Virus record (IMG/VR): IMGVR_UViG_3300021962_000058
Span: 1 to 64,000 of that record
Direction: 5' to 3' (one strand)
From: a virus
DNA length: 64,000 nucleotides
Position numbers and translations under genes: made by a program. Under the pieces are notes generated by a model. The model saw only the letters and a program-made list of their open reading frames with translations, was not told the DNA's origin and ran no database searches. Positions 46,296-57,520 of this stretch are shown one piece after another. How positions within the stretch are numbered: the stretch's first letter is position 1; each line of letters starts with the position of its first letter.

Positions 46296-49200
46296 ATGCC
46301 ACAAAAGACTAACCTAAACATAAATCCTTATTATGATGATTTCAATAAGGATGACAATTATTATAGAGTTCTGTTCAAACCTGGTAGACCAGTTCAGGCG
46401 AGAGAATTAACAGGCCTCCAGTCAATTTTACAAAATCAAATAGAATCCTTTGGAAGTCATATATTCAAAGAAGGATCTATGGTAATTCCTGGTGGAGTTA
46501 CTTGTGATAATGCATTTACTACTGTTAAAGTAAATAAAGATCATCTAGGTATTGATGTTACTGTATACTTAGATGCTATCACAAATTATAATAATGGAAG
46601 AGGAACAAAAGTAAAAGGCGTAAAATCTGGGGTAGTTGGAACGTTAAAGGGATATTTACTACCACCAGAAGAAGGAGTAGAAGATATTACACTTTTTGTA
46701 AAATATGTGGATGGTGGAAATGACGGACAAACATCACAATTTTCAGATGGTGAAATTTTAACCCTTGAAGAAAATATTACCTATGGTAATACTTCTTTAA
46801 ATATCGGTGATAGTGTACTTACCCTAGTTTCAATTGATGCTACTAAAACTGGATATGCAGTTGGTGTATCAAAGGGTGTCTATTTTATTAGAGGAGTTTT
46901 TGTCGATGTTCCAAATACTCAAATTGTTTTAGACCCATATAATAATGAACCATCATATCGTGTAGGTTTTGATGTTTTAGAAGAAATTGTTACTTCGAAT
47001 GATGATCCAGATTTAAATGATAATGCCAGAGGATTTACAAACTTTGCAGCTCCTGGTGCAGATAGATTAAAAATCAGTGTTAAACTTGCTAAAAAACAAT
47101 TAACAGATTTTGATGACGTAAACTTTATTGAACTCGTCAAAGTTGATCAAGGTAAAATTAAAAAATTACAAAATAAATCAGAATATAGCATAATTAAAGA
47201 ATACTTTGCAAAAAGGACATTTGAAGAATCAGGAAACTATGCATTAAAACCATTTACAGTATCTGTTGCAAATTCGTTAAACAACGAAACTGGTAATGGC
47301 GGACTTTACAGAGAAGGTCAGAGAACAGAACAAGGTAATCTTCCAAATGATAACTTAATGTCTGTTACTGTTTCATCTGGAACAGCATATGTTAAAGGGT
47401 TTGATATTGATCTTGTTGGAACAACAGTTGTTGATGTCGAAAAACCAAGATCTGTTAAAACGGTTGATGGTGCATTAGTACCATTTGCTATGGGAAGTTT
47501 GTTAAAAGTAAATAATGTCTATGGTGTTCCATATATCAACATTGGAGCATCGTCGAGTGGAGCACAGACAACTCAGGCTAACATTATAGAACTCTACAAC
47601 AGAAGAAGGGATGGTGCTGGTACAGGGGGTACAGTTGCAAATGCTTCTGGACTAGGAACTAAAATTGGTGAGGCAAGAGTATATTGGTATGGAGTTGCTG
47701 ATGCCCCATACACTGCCAATAACACCGAATGGGACTTATATCTATTCGATGTTCAAACATATACAACTCTCTATCTTGGAAGATCATATACTACAACTGA
47801 AGTTCCACTAACATCATTTGTTAGAGGTCTTTCTAGTGGAGCAACTGGTTATTTGGCAGCAAAACCAAATGGCGCTGCATTTAGTTTATCGCAAACTTCT
47901 GGAACATTTTTAGTTGGTGAGCAAATCATTATTAATGAAAATCCAGAATTAAAAGTTGGCGTCAGTGCTATAAACGTTTATACAACAGAGGATATTAAAT
48001 CTGTATATCAAGATGCATCAACTATAAGTGGATTATCAGTTGATTTTCTAGCAGATACAGTTCTTTATGAGAGAACACCTCCAAATTTTGCAATCACTGA
48101 CAAATTGAGAATTACCAGTAGTACTGGCGTATCTCGTGCTCCTGGTAGATTTTTCTCAGGAGCAACTGGGATTAAAACAGAATCTATTATAAAGTATCAG
48201 GAAGGAACAAATACTGATCCAACATTTAATAGAATAGCATCAATAAACACAACAGGAACTGAGATAACTCTTGCTGCAACTGGCGCTGCAGTTGCTGGTG
48301 TTTGTGATAATGGAATAGCGGCAGCAGATACTGAATCTGTATTTTCTTTAATGGAACCAAAGATTGTTAATTTGGTTTCTTCTGGACTTTATACTAATCT
48401 GCCAAGACCTAATATAGCATCTGTTGATCTATCCTCATCGGAACTTACTATTTCTAGACAAGTTACTGGAAAATCAACAGATGCCAATGGACAATTAACA
48501 CTAACTACTTCCGATGTTCTGGATGTTAGTGCTGGAATCAGTAGTGTATTTTTTGAATCTTTCGATGCTGAAAGGTATTCCGTACACTATTCGGATGGAA
48601 CAACTGATCAATTGACGGCTAGTAAATTTACACGTAGCATTGATGGTTCGTCAATTACATTTACAAAATTAACAGCAAATCAAACTAATAATGTAACTGT
48701 TAATGTTACTCTTAAAAAGAGAGCAGTTACAAATAAGTCGAAAGATTTTATAAGAAGTAGGCAAGTATCTATTACAAGAACAAGTGGTATTTCCACTCAA
48801 TCTGGACCAACTTCAAGTGGACTTTCTACCAGTAAATATTATGGATTAAGAGTAGAAGATGCTGAGATATGTCTGAATGTTCCTGATGTTGTAAATATCA
48901 GGGCTGTTTATGAGTCTACAAACACTTCAGCACCTGTTTTAGATAAGTTGGTTTTTGCGAGTGGATTAAATCTAGATAATAATGTTATTGTTGGTGAAAA
49001 AATTGTAGGTGAGGATAGTAGAGCAGTTGCTCAGGTTGTAACTAAAACATCTACAACAGTAGAATTTGTATATTTAAACCAAAATAATTTTAAAGTTGGA
49101 GAACTGGTTAAATTTAACGAGTCTTCATTAAATATAGCAATTCAATCAATAACAGAAGGTAGCTATATTGATAAGACTTCAAATTATGTTCTAGATAAAG

Positions 49201-52200
49201 GACATAAAGATCAATATTGTGACTATTCAAAAATAAGAAGGAGAGCAGGAAGTGCGCTTCCAGCTCGTCAACTATTAGTTATTTTTGATTATTATAAGGT
49301 TGCATCTGGAAATAATGGAGACATATTTACAGTAAATTCATATACCGAAGACAGATATTCTAGTGATATTCCATCTGTTCCAGATGGAACACGTGTTTCG
49401 GATATGATTGATTTTAGACCAAGAGTAGTTGAATTTGATCCAGCAACGGCAACTACATCTCCATTTGCATTTAGTTCTAGATCATATGAAAGTACTTATA
49501 GATATGTAATATCACCAGATGAAACTTCTTTCGTAGGATATAGTTACTACTTACCAAGAGTTGACTTGGTAACAGTAAATCGTTTTGGTGAAGTTGAAAT
49601 TGTTAAAGGAGAATCTAGTGATACTCCACGTGCCCCAATCCTAGCCGATGATGCTATGGAATTGGCTCAAATTAGTTATCCACCATACCTCTTCAATCCA
49701 CGTAAAGATCCCAGAATTCTATTAAGAGATAATAGAAGATTTACAATGAGGGACATTGCAAAATTAGAAGAGAGAATTGAAAATCTAGAAGAAGTTACCA
49801 GTTTAAGTATGCTTGAACTGAAAGCACAAACTCTAGAAGTTCTCGATGCCAACGGAAATAATAGATTTAAATCAGGTTTTATTGTTTCTAGTTTTAAAGA
49901 TAAGTCACTTTGTGATCAAAGATATAGCACAATTGATGTTAGTGCATCTGAGGCACTAGGAATTGCTCCTATTGATTTCTGGTCACTTCAAGCAGAATTG
50001 GCATTAGATCCTGCAATTGATAAGACAACAGCAGATCTTACTCAAAATCTCAAATTATTAGATCCAAATATCCAAAAGACTGGTGATTTACTAACTCTTA
50101 AATATGAAGAAGTAGGTTGGATCGAACAACCACATGCCACAACAGTTGAAAATGTCAATCCATTTAATGTTATTGTTTTCGTTGGTGGTGTTGTATTAGA
50201 TCCTGCATCTGATAACTGGGTAAGAACAATTTATATTGATGATCAAAGAATTGAATCAACTGGTGCTGAATGGAAGCAACAGGCAAAAACTAAGGTTGAT
50301 GTAGATACTAAAACTGAAAAAGAAACATATAAGAAGGGTGGTAATAGAAGTGAGAAGGGAGTAAGAAATGTAACAACTACAACTACAACCACGACTACAA
50401 AATATAAACCGGTTTTAAAAGGTCCATCAAGAGAATTTGATTATGTTGAAGATGTAAAAATTAGTGGCACTGTTGATCCATTCATGCGTTCTAGAAACGT
50501 ATATTTCGCAGCAAATGGACTTAAACCATTTACAAAGCATTATCATTATCTGGATAGTCAAGAAGTTGATATTATTCCAAAACTTTGTGAAATTGAAATG
50601 CAGTCAGGCACATTCCAAATTTATGAAAATGCCAGAATTTATTTGGCTGGAAAGCAAATAGGATATATCAGAATACAAAAACCAAAACATAAATTTGGCG
50701 ATACTGGTAGACCTGATATTGGTGCAGGATTAGGATCTCTATCAGTTCTTGTTGAAGAATACAGTGTTGATCCATATGATAGAACTAGACCTGGACCTGG
50801 AGATGCTTATTCTGCAACATCAAAGTTAATTAATTTTGGTGTTAGAGTTTTGGCAACTGAACCAGAAAAGTATTATGGTTATGTTGCCGAAGGTGCAACA
50901 GTTGTCGGTGAAACTAGTGGAGCAACTGCAAGAATAATTAGAGCTGAATTAATTTCAGACAACTGGGGAGATGTTATTGGAAACTTCTTCTTCAGAGATC
51001 CAAATACAAATCCACCACCACCAGTAAGAGTCACTAGTGGAACAAAAACTGTAAAAATTACGGCGGTTCCTCCTGGCGTTACACCATTACCAGGATCAAC
51101 GGTATTTGCGAGTGAAGCTATTGGAACTTATAGTGGATCTGGAACAATTTTAACACAAGAAACGAGTAGAGTTTCTGTAAGGAATCCACCCAAACCAGCA
51201 GCTTTACCAACAGATGTTAAAGTTGAAGTTAAGGCACCACATAGAGATCCATTAGCTCAATCATTTACAGTTGATGGTAAAGGTGCATTCTTAACCTCAT
51301 TTGATCTTTATTTTGCAACCAAAGATCCATCTGCAAAAATTTATGTTGAACTAAGAACCGTTGAACTTGGCACCCCAACTCAATTCCTTGTTCAAGATTA
51401 TACACAAGTAGCTTTAAATCCAAATGATATAAACATTGCTGAGGATTCTTTTGAAGTTAAGAGTATGGCAGGATTCGATGATGCTGCTAGCGGATTTACT
51501 CCTGGACGGTTTGGTTATGAACAGGACTATCCTTATGCAAAATCACTTGGTTTCTCTGATGCGGATATTAGATATTTCTTAGAAAATGTCTATAAAGGTG
51601 TAATCGGTCCTAAGATGCAAGATGTATTAAAGGATCCAAATTGGGGTAGATATAAGAGAAAGAGTATGGTAGGATTCGATGATGCTGCCAGTGGATTTAC
51701 TCCTGGACAGTTTGGTTATGAACAGGACTATCCTTATGCAAGATCACTTGGTTTCTCTGATGCAGATATCAGATATTTCTTAGAGAATGAATATAATGGG
51801 ATAATTGGTCCTAAGATGCAAGATGTATTAAAGGATTCAAATTGGGGTAGATATGAAAGACCACGTATACCAGAACCAGTTCCAACAAGAGTTCGTTTCC
51901 CATCCCCAGTTTACTTAGAAGCTGGTAAAGAATATGCAATTGTTATTTTATCACCAGCATCGGATGGTTATGAAATGTGGACTGCCACTATGGGAGAGAA
52001 GACTGTTAAAACTAAAAATCTTCCAGATGTTCAAAATGTTGTTGTTACTAAACAATACATTGGTGGATCGTTGTTCAAGTCACAAAATGGAACGATTTGG
52101 ACAGCAAGTCAATATCAAGATCTTACCTTTAAACTTTACAAAGCAAAGTTTGTTCCTTCTGGTACTTTAACATTCTATAATACTGATATTAACACCTTTG

Positions 52201-54119
52201 GAACAAATGTATCTACCCTGCAAAATAATCCAATTGAAGGATTACCAAGAAAACTAATGATTCCTATTACAGGAACACTAAATGCTGCTGTTGTTCCTGG
52301 AACTAAAATTGGTCAGGGATCTAGTCCAAGTGTAACTGGAATTGTTGAAAATCTTGGTGGTCCTGTTGGTGTTGTAACTGTTATTAGTGGTGGATCTGGT
52401 TATCCAGCGTCTGGAACTACAAATAATGTTCCCCTATACTCTATTAGTGGAAAAGGAACTGGTGCAACGGCAAATGTTACCGTAAGTAATGGTAAAGTAA
52501 TTTCAGTTACTCCAACTGCAACAACTGGAAGTGGTTATGTAAATGGAGAAATTCTTGGAATTACTACAAGTAATATTGGTAGTGGTTCAGGAGCAAGAGT
52601 TTCTGTTGCATCTCGTGGTGCTGCTAACACAATTTACTTGACAGGTGTTCAAGGTGAAAACTTTACAAATACATCATCCATTGTTTATTACACAAATCCA
52701 ACAAATGAATCTTCTAGAACAACTAGTGGGGCAACAGTAAGTGCAAACTCAACACTTATTGACGATAAATTCTCTGGAAATGTTTTTAGAATTAAACAAT
52801 ATAATCATGCACATCATGGCGGAAACAATGTAATCGAAGTCAAAGATGTTCTACCTGATAGAGAAAATATCCAACTCACTGTACCTGTTGGATTGAACGA
52901 CACTGTTGTTTCTGTTGCAAATACAACTGTTTTTGCAAGGTTTGAGGGAATAACAACTAGTCGTGGATATGCGTTAATAAACAATGAAGTTGTATCTTAT
53001 AGTGGAATAACACAAACTTCTGGTGATAGTGGAACACTTATCATCGATGGAAGAGGATTAAATGGTAGTGCTAAAGTAGCACATACTATTGGATTTGTAA
53101 CTCCATATGAAGTTAATGGTGTTTCTCTAATGAGAATTAATAAAACACATAATATTCCTGCAACTTATTATAATTTGGAAAACTCCAACCTGGATAATTA
53201 TTTCTTAGAATTTGATAGGACAACACCAACTGTCAGAAGTACAGGAACTTCAATGCTTAATTTCGAATCTCAAAAGGGATTTGGTGGAAATAGTGTTAAA
53301 ATTTCCCAAAACCATCAATTTAGTTCTATTGAACCAATATTCAATATAATTACTCCTGGAAAAGGTACAGCAGTTTCTTCACAGATAAGAACTATTTCTG
53401 GAACTAGTGCAGGTGGAACGGAAGTATCATTCTTAGATCTTGGATATGAACCAATTCAGTTAAATAGAGTTACACATTTCCCAACTCCAAGACTAGTTGC
53501 CTCTAAGGTAAATGAAAATGCCAGATTGACAACACTTCCATCAAATAAATCTCTAACATTAAGAGTTGATTTTGTCACTGAGGATGAAAACCTGTCTCCA
53601 GTTATGGATTTGCAAAATTCAACCTTTATACTTGGTAGAAATAGAGTCAATAAACCAATTTCTGATTATGTTCTTGATTCTAGGACGAATGAAATTAATG
53701 GAGATCCTCATGGAGCAGTATTTGTAACTCAGATTATTTCTCTGGCACAACCAGCTACCAGTTTAAAAGTTTTAGTTGCAGCAAACAGACAACCAGAGGC
53801 AGACATTAGAGCATTTTATAGATTATTCAAGGCAGATTCTAGTGACGTTCCACAAAGTTATGTTCCATTCCCTGGATATGATAATTTATCAGATACTGAT
53901 GGTGATGGATTTGGTGATTTAATTTTAGATCTGTCCGCAAACAGTGGAAGACCTGATGCATTTGTAAATCCAGACGGACCAGAATCTTTTTCAGAATATC
54001 AGTTTAGTGTAAACAATCTAGAACAGTTCAATGGATTCTCAATTAAAATTGTAATGTCTTCAACCAATGAGTCAACACCAGTAAAACTTAAAGATTTTAG
54101 ATGTATTGCCTTAGCATAA
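46296..54119 (+). CDS. large virion structural protein (VrlC/DUF4815-like, 2607 aa)
   Basis: NLN..PYYDDF, VLFKPG.PVQARELT, APGADRL, DPLAQSF, F.SPVYL. Confidence 0.8.
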   Translation: MPQKTNLNINPYYDDFNKDDNYYRVLFKPGRPVQARELTGLQSILQNQIESFGSHIFKEGSMVIPGGVTCDNAFTTVKVNKDHLGIDVTVYLDAITNYNNGRGTKVKGVKSGVVGTLKGYLLPPEEGVEDITLFVKYVDGGNDGQTSQFSDGEILTLEENITYGNTSLNIGDSVLTLVSIDATKTGYAVGVSKGVYFIRGVFVDVPNTQIVLDPYNNEPSYRVGFDVLEEIVTSNDDPDLNDNARGFTNFAAPGADRLKISVKLAKKQLTDFDDVNFIELVKVDQGKIKKLQNKSEYSIIKEYFAKRTFEESGNYALKPFTVSVANSLNNETGNGGLYREGQRTEQGNLPNDNLMSVTVSSGTAYVKGFDIDLVGTTVVDVEKPRSVKTVDGALVPFAMGSLLKVNNVYGVPYINIGASSSGAQTTQANIIELYNRRRDGAGTGGTVANASGLGTKIGEARVYWYGVADAPYTANNTEWDLYLFDVQTYTTLYLGRSYTTTEVPLTSFVRGLSSGATGYLAAKPNGAAFSLSQTSGTFLVGEQIIINENPELKVGVSAINVYTTEDIKSVYQDASTISGLSVDFLADTVLYERTPPNFAITDKLRITSSTGVSRAPGRFFSGATGIKTESIIKYQEGTNTDPTFNRIASINTTGTEITLAATGAAVAGVCDNGIAAADTESVFSLMEPKIVNLVSSGLYTNLPRPNIASVDLSSSELTISRQVTGKSTDANGQLTLTTSDVLDVSAGISSVFFESFDAERYSVHYSDGTTDQLTASKFTRSIDGSSITFTKLTANQTNNVTVNVTLKKRAVTNKSKDFIRSRQVSITRTSGISTQSGPTSSGLSTSKYYGLRVEDAEICLNVPDVVNIRAVYESTNTSAPVLDKLVFASGLNLDNNVIVGEKIVGEDSRAVAQVVTKTSTTVEFVYLNQNNFKVGELVKFNESSLNIAIQSITEGSYIDKTSNYVLDKGHKDQYCDYSKIRRRAGSALPARQLLVIFDYYKVASGNNGDIFTVNSYTEDRYSSDIPSVPDGTRVSDMIDFRPRVVEFDPATATTSPFAFSSRSYESTYRYVISPDETSFVGYSYYLPRVDLVTVNRFGEVEIVKGESSDTPRAPILADDAMELAQISYPPYLFNPRKDPRILLRDNRRFTMRDIAKLEERIENLEEVTSLSMLELKAQTLEVLDANGNNRFKSGFIVSSFKDKSLCDQRYSTIDVSASEALGIAPIDFWSLQAELALDPAIDKTTADLTQNLKLLDPNIQKTGDLLTLKYEEVGWIEQPHATTVENVNPFNVIVFVGGVVLDPASDNWVRTIYIDDQRIESTGAEWKQQAKTKVDVDTKTEKETYKKGGNRSEKGVRNVTTTTTTTTTKYKPVLKGPSREFDYVEDVKISGTVDPFMRSRNVYFAANGLKPFTKHYHYLDSQEVDIIPKLCEIEMQSGTFQIYENARIYLAGKQIGYIRIQKPKHKFGDTGRPDIGAGLGSLSVLVEEYSVDPYDRTRPGPGDAYSATSKLINFGVRVLATEPEKYYGYVAEGATVVGETSGATARIIRAELISDNWGDVIGNFFFRDPNTNPPPPVRVTSGTKTVKITAVPPGVTPLPGSTVFASEAIGTYSGSGTILTQETSRVSVRNPPKPAALPTDVKVEVKAPHRDPLAQSFTVDGKGAFLTSFDLYFATKDPSAKIYVELRTVELGTPTQFLVQDYTQVALNPNDINIAEDSFEVKSMAGFDDAASGFTPGRFGYEQDYPYAKSLGFSDADIRYFLENVYKGVIGPKMQDVLKDPNWGRYKRKSMVGFDDAASGFTPGQFGYEQDYPYARSLGFSDADIRYFLENEYNGIIGPKMQDVLKDSNWGRYERPRIPEPVPTRVRFPSPVYLEAGKEYAIVILSPASDGYEMWTATMGEKTVKTKNLPDVQNVVVTKQYIGGSLFKSQNGTIWTASQYQDLTFKLYKAKFVPSGTLTFYNTDINTFGTNVSTLQNNPIEGLPRKLMIPITGTLNAAVVPGTKIGQGSSPSVTGIVENLGGPVGVVTVISGGSGYPASGTTNNVPLYSISGKGTGATANVTVSNGKVISVTPTATTGSGYVNGEILGITTSNIGSGSGARVSVASRGAANTIYLTGVQGENFTNTSSIVYYTNPTNESSRTTSGATVSANSTLIDDKFSGNVFRIKQYNHAHHGGNNVIEVKDVLPDRENIQLTVPVGLNDTVVSVANTTVFARFEGITTSRGYALINNEVVSYSGITQTSGDSGTLIIDGRGLNGSAKVAHTIGFVTPYEVNGVSLMRINKTHNIPATYYNLENSNLDNYFLEFDRTTPTVRSTGTSMLNFESQKGFGGNSVKISQNHQFSSIEPIFNIITPGKGTAVSSQIRTISGTSAGGTEVSFLDLGYEPIQLNRVTHFPTPRLVASKVNENARLTTLPSNKSLTLRVDFVTEDENLSPVMDLQNSTFILGRNRVNKPISDYVLDSRTNEINGDPHGAVFVTQIISLAQPATSLKVLVAANRQPEADIRAFYRLFKADSSDVPQSYVPFPGYDNLSDTDGDGFGDLILDLSANSGRPDAFVNPDGPESFSEYQFSVNNLEQFNGFSIKIVMSSTNESTPVKLKDFRCIALA
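51459..51854 (+). repeat. in-frame tandem duplication, 201-bp period
   Basis: KSM.GFDDAASGFTPG.FGYEQDYPYA.SLGFSDADIRYFLEN.Y.G.IGPKMQDVLKD.NWGRY twice. Confidence 0.95.
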
Positions 54120-54122
54120 AAT

Positions 54123-54344
54123 ATGGAAGATTCAAATTTCATTCCCGTTGAGGGACACAACAACCTTTTTAGAGATCGACAAACAGGTGCAATTTTGAAT
54201 AAAGATAAATCAGCATACCTCAATTATATGAGGTTAAATGAGATCAAAGAAAAGGAAAAAAATGAAATTAATGAAATTAAAAAAGATATTGACGAGATTA
54301 AATCTTTATTAAAGGAACTTATTAATGGACCCAGACAAAATTAA
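54123..54344 (+). CDS. hypothetical protein
   Basis: VEGH.NL.RD..TGAI.N plus coiled coil. Confidence 0.8.
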   Translation: MEDSNFIPVEGHNNLFRDRQTGAILNKDKSAYLNYMRLNEIKEKEKNEINEIKKDIDEIKSLLKELINGPRQN

Positions 54345-54525
54345 TCTAGAAAATTTAAGTAAGAGTTTTGAATACTATAAGGCAGCATCAGAAATTGATG
54401 CCATTGATTCTGTTGATACTCTTAGAAATATTGCAAAATCTTATGTGAAACTTTATTTTAAACAACAAGAGGTTATCTCATCATTTGGATCTTCAATTGA
54501 ACCTTTTGGATTCAATGAAGTATAA
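54325..54525 (+). CDS. hypothetical protein
   Basis: 66-aa ORF. Confidence 0.75.
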   Translation: MDPDKINLENLSKSFEYYKAASEIDAIDSVDTLRNIAKSYVKLYFKQQEVISSFGSSIEPFGFNEV

Positions 54526-54528
54526 ATA
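54521..54528 (+). promoter_or_regulatory. T4-type late promoter
   Basis: TATAAATA. Confidence 0.8.
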
Positions 54529-54554
54529 TATTTTAGATCCTGAACTGTTTATAA

Positions 54555-54782
54555 ATGGCAGAAATTAAGGTCAGAGTAGGACAACAACCTGCGGTAAAAG
54601 TTATATCTTCACTTGCTGGTGCTCAAGGTCTTTCTTTGTCTGAGCTTAGTGATGTTAATGCCACAAATTTACTTGATGGTATGGTTCTTGTTTATAATGG
54701 TGCCACTAGAAAATGGGACGCTACACTAACCCTTACACCAGGGGCAACACAGAATTTAGACATCAACGGGGGAAATTTCTAA
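54555..54782 (+). CDS. small virion-associated protein
   Basis: LSELSDV, G.VLVYN...KW, INGGNF; late promoter. Confidence 0.7.
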   Translation: MAEIKVRVGQQPAVKVISSLAGAQGLSLSELSDVNATNLLDGMVLVYNGATRKWDATLTLTPGATQNLDINGGNF

Positions 54783-56456
54783 ATGGCAAGTATTATCAGG
54801 ATCAAAAGATCCTCAGGTACTAATAAACCTTCTAGTCTAAATTGGGGTGAATTAGCATACGTAACTGGTATTGGTAGTTATGGTGGTATTAACCAGTACA
54901 AAGATAGAATTTTTGTAGGTGATGATGGCAACAATGTAAATCCAGTCGGTGGATATTACTATGCTTCTATGATGGAGCATTCGCCAGGAGCAATCGCTGG
55001 CGTAACAAATACAAGGAATAGTGATGGTGGTATTGTTGCTATTCTTGATAGCAATAGAAAAGTAGATCAGTGGAACGTTGATAATTTAAGACTCGATTTA
55101 AATACTTTATCATCTACTAATACTGATGGTGATATTGTTTTAGATCCAAACGGAACTGGTGAGATTAATATTGTCGATGATACGTACTTATCATTTGGTA
55201 ATGATAAAGACGTTAAAATGCGTTATGATGAAGCAACTGATAATAGATTTGAAATTGAGGGAGCTGACTGGGCATTTGCCAATGGTGTAGCAATTAATAT
55301 TGGCGATGTTACAGAATCTGGTGATAAAGATAGTGGTGCCCTTGTCGTTGAGGGTGGAGTAGGAATTGAAAAAAATCTGAATGTAGGTGGAACAATAGGT
55401 GTTAGTGGTTTCGCCACAATTGATCAGATCAAGATAAAGGATAATGTAATATCAACTATTTCCGGCAATGAATTATACTTAGATCCATATCCAGATGGAT
55501 TAAGTAATGAAGGAACAGTTATTGTAAAAGGAAATTTACAAGTAGATGGAACTACAACATCTGTAAATTCAACAACTGTCGATTTAAATGATCCTATTAT
55601 TGTTCTTGGTGATGTAACAAGCACAACAACAGTAATGACTACTGTTGTTGCTGGTGTAAGCACAATTAGATTAGATTCTGTTACAGGAATCAATACTGGT
55701 GACGTAGTTAGTGGAAATGCCGCCCTTTCAGTATCGGGGGTAAATACAATAACTTCTTATGATACTGTTAATAAAATTATAACTTTAACAGATGCGACTA
55801 TTGCTCCTGGAATTTCTACAACTACACAATTAACAATTACCCACGCATACGATACTAATACTGATCGTGGTGTTGCATTTAATTATAATACAAGCACTGG
55901 AACTGCAAATAATAAAATTGGATTCTTTGGATATACTGATCAAAATAATGTTGGAAGTGCTGCCACTGCAAGATCTTGGACCTATATCCCAGATGCAACT
56001 ATCACCAATAGTGTAGTAACTGGAACCAGAGGATACCTTGATATTAAAGGTATTTACTATCAAACTGGCGACTTCAATACTCACGGTGTTGTATATTTTG
56101 ATGCTGATGGATTACAAACTTCCACAAATAATCCAGCATCCCCTGCCATTACTTCAAAGCAGATTCTAACTGCTATTACAAAGGTTACTTTATCACTCCC
56201 AACATCGATTACAGTATCTACCGGAGACATAATTAGACAAGATACAAGCAACGCTTATGGTGTTGTTGAAACTGGTGGAACATTAACCACATTAAATCTT
56301 ATTGGTGTTGAAGGAACATTTGTTAATACTTATAACATTATAAAAGAAGGTGATAATGGATCTGTACAAAATCTATCAGTAATTCCTTCCTCAGTTTCGA
56401 CAATATATACTAATAAACCACACTGGACATCAACCCTTGACGGAGGAACATTCTAA
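54783..56456 (+). CDS. fibre-like virion structural protein
   Basis: IRIKRS....P..L..GELAY N-terminus, GALVV.GGVGI.KNL.VGG, LDGGTF end. Confidence 0.7.
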   Translation: MASIIRIKRSSGTNKPSSLNWGELAYVTGIGSYGGINQYKDRIFVGDDGNNVNPVGGYYYASMMEHSPGAIAGVTNTRNSDGGIVAILDSNRKVDQWNVDNLRLDLNTLSSTNTDGDIVLDPNGTGEINIVDDTYLSFGNDKDVKMRYDEATDNRFEIEGADWAFANGVAINIGDVTESGDKDSGALVVEGGVGIEKNLNVGGTIGVSGFATIDQIKIKDNVISTISGNELYLDPYPDGLSNEGTVIVKGNLQVDGTTTSVNSTTVDLNDPIIVLGDVTSTTTVMTTVVAGVSTIRLDSVTGINTGDVVSGNAALSVSGVNTITSYDTVNKIITLTDATIAPGISTTTQLTITHAYDTNTDRGVAFNYNTSTGTANNKIGFFGYTDQNNVGSAATARSWTYIPDATITNSVVTGTRGYLDIKGIYYQTGDFNTHGVVYFDADGLQTSTNNPASPAITSKQILTAITKVTLSLPTSITVSTGDIIRQDTSNAYGVVETGGTLTTLNLIGVEGTFVNTYNIIKEGDNGSVQNLSVIPSSVSTIYTNKPHWTSTLDGGTF

Positions 56457-56459
56457 AAT

Positions 56460-56672
56460 ATGTCAAATGAAAGTGAAGTCGATATCAATATTTTAGTGCG
56501 TTTATATAATCAAAAATTAGCAGCACTAACAAACCAAAATATATTGCTAGAAGCAAAGTTGCAAACATTATCAGACGATTTTGCAAAAGAAAAAAATGAG
56601 CTTCTAGCAGTAAACCTTGATTTACAAAACAAATATGATGAATTGAAAAAGTCTAAAAAACCTGAAGCGTAA
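56460..56672 (+). CDS. small coiled-coil protein
   Basis: 70 aa heptads. Confidence 0.75.
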   Translation: MSNESEVDINILVRLYNQKLAALTNQNILLEAKLQTLSDDFAKEKNELLAVNLDLQNKYDELKKSKKPEA

Positions 56673-56677
56673 CAAAA

Positions 56678-57520
56678 ATGGCAAAACCAGCAAGTAGGCA
56701 AGAACTAATTGATTACTGTCTAAGGCGTCTAGGAGCGCCTGTGCTGGAAATTAACGTTGATGATGACCAAATAGATGATCTAGTGGACGATGCCCTTCAA
56801 TACTTCAATGAGCGCCACTTTGATGGTGTAGAGAGAATGTATTTGAAGTATCAGATAAGTCAAGCAGATATTGATAGAGGGTCGGCAAAAGGTAAAAATG
56901 GTGTTGGAATTGTTACAACAACAGGAACATCCAATGTAATTGGATATGGTACAACATCATTTAACTTCTATGAAACATCAAACTATATTCAAGTTCCAGA
57001 TTCAGTCATAGGTATTGAAAAGATATTTAAGTTTGATACTAGTTCCATTTCTGGTGGAATGTTTAGTATTAAGTATCAACTATTTTTAAATGATCTATAT
57101 TATTTCAACTCAGTTGAACTTTTACAATATGCTATGGTTAAAAGTTATCTTGAAGATATTGACTTCTTACTAACAACTGATAAGCAAGTTAGATTTAACA
57201 AAAGACAGAATAGATTATATCTGGACCTTGATTGGGGAGCACAGTCTGCTGGTAATTTTTTAGTTTTAGATTGTTACAGAATTTTAGATCCAACTACTCA
57301 TACCAAAGTTTATAATGATAGTTTCTTAAAAAGATATCTTACAGCACTAATTAAGAGACAGTGGGGTCAAAACTTAATTAAATTTAGAGGAGTTAAACTT
57401 CCTGGTGGTATTGAATTTAATGGCAGAGAAATTTATGAAGACGCAGAAAGAGAACTAGATGAAATAACTAAGAGAATGTCAATGGATTATGAACTTCCAC
57501 CATACGACTTTATTGGGTAA
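56678..57520 (+). CDS. gp13: neck protein gp13
   Basis: LR.LGAPV.EINV, QWG.NL.K..G..LPGG. Confidence 0.93.
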   Translation: MAKPASRQELIDYCLRRLGAPVLEINVDDDQIDDLVDDALQYFNERHFDGVERMYLKYQISQADIDRGSAKGKNGVGIVTTTGTSNVIGYGTTSFNFYETSNYIQVPDSVIGIEKIFKFDTSSISGGMFSIKYQLFLNDLYYFNSVELLQYAMVKSYLEDIDFLLTTDKQVRFNKRQNRLYLDLDWGAQSAGNFLVLDCYRILDPTTHTKVYNDSFLKRYLTALIKRQWGQNLIKFRGVKLPGGIEFNGREIYEDAERELDEITKRMSMDYELPPYDFIG

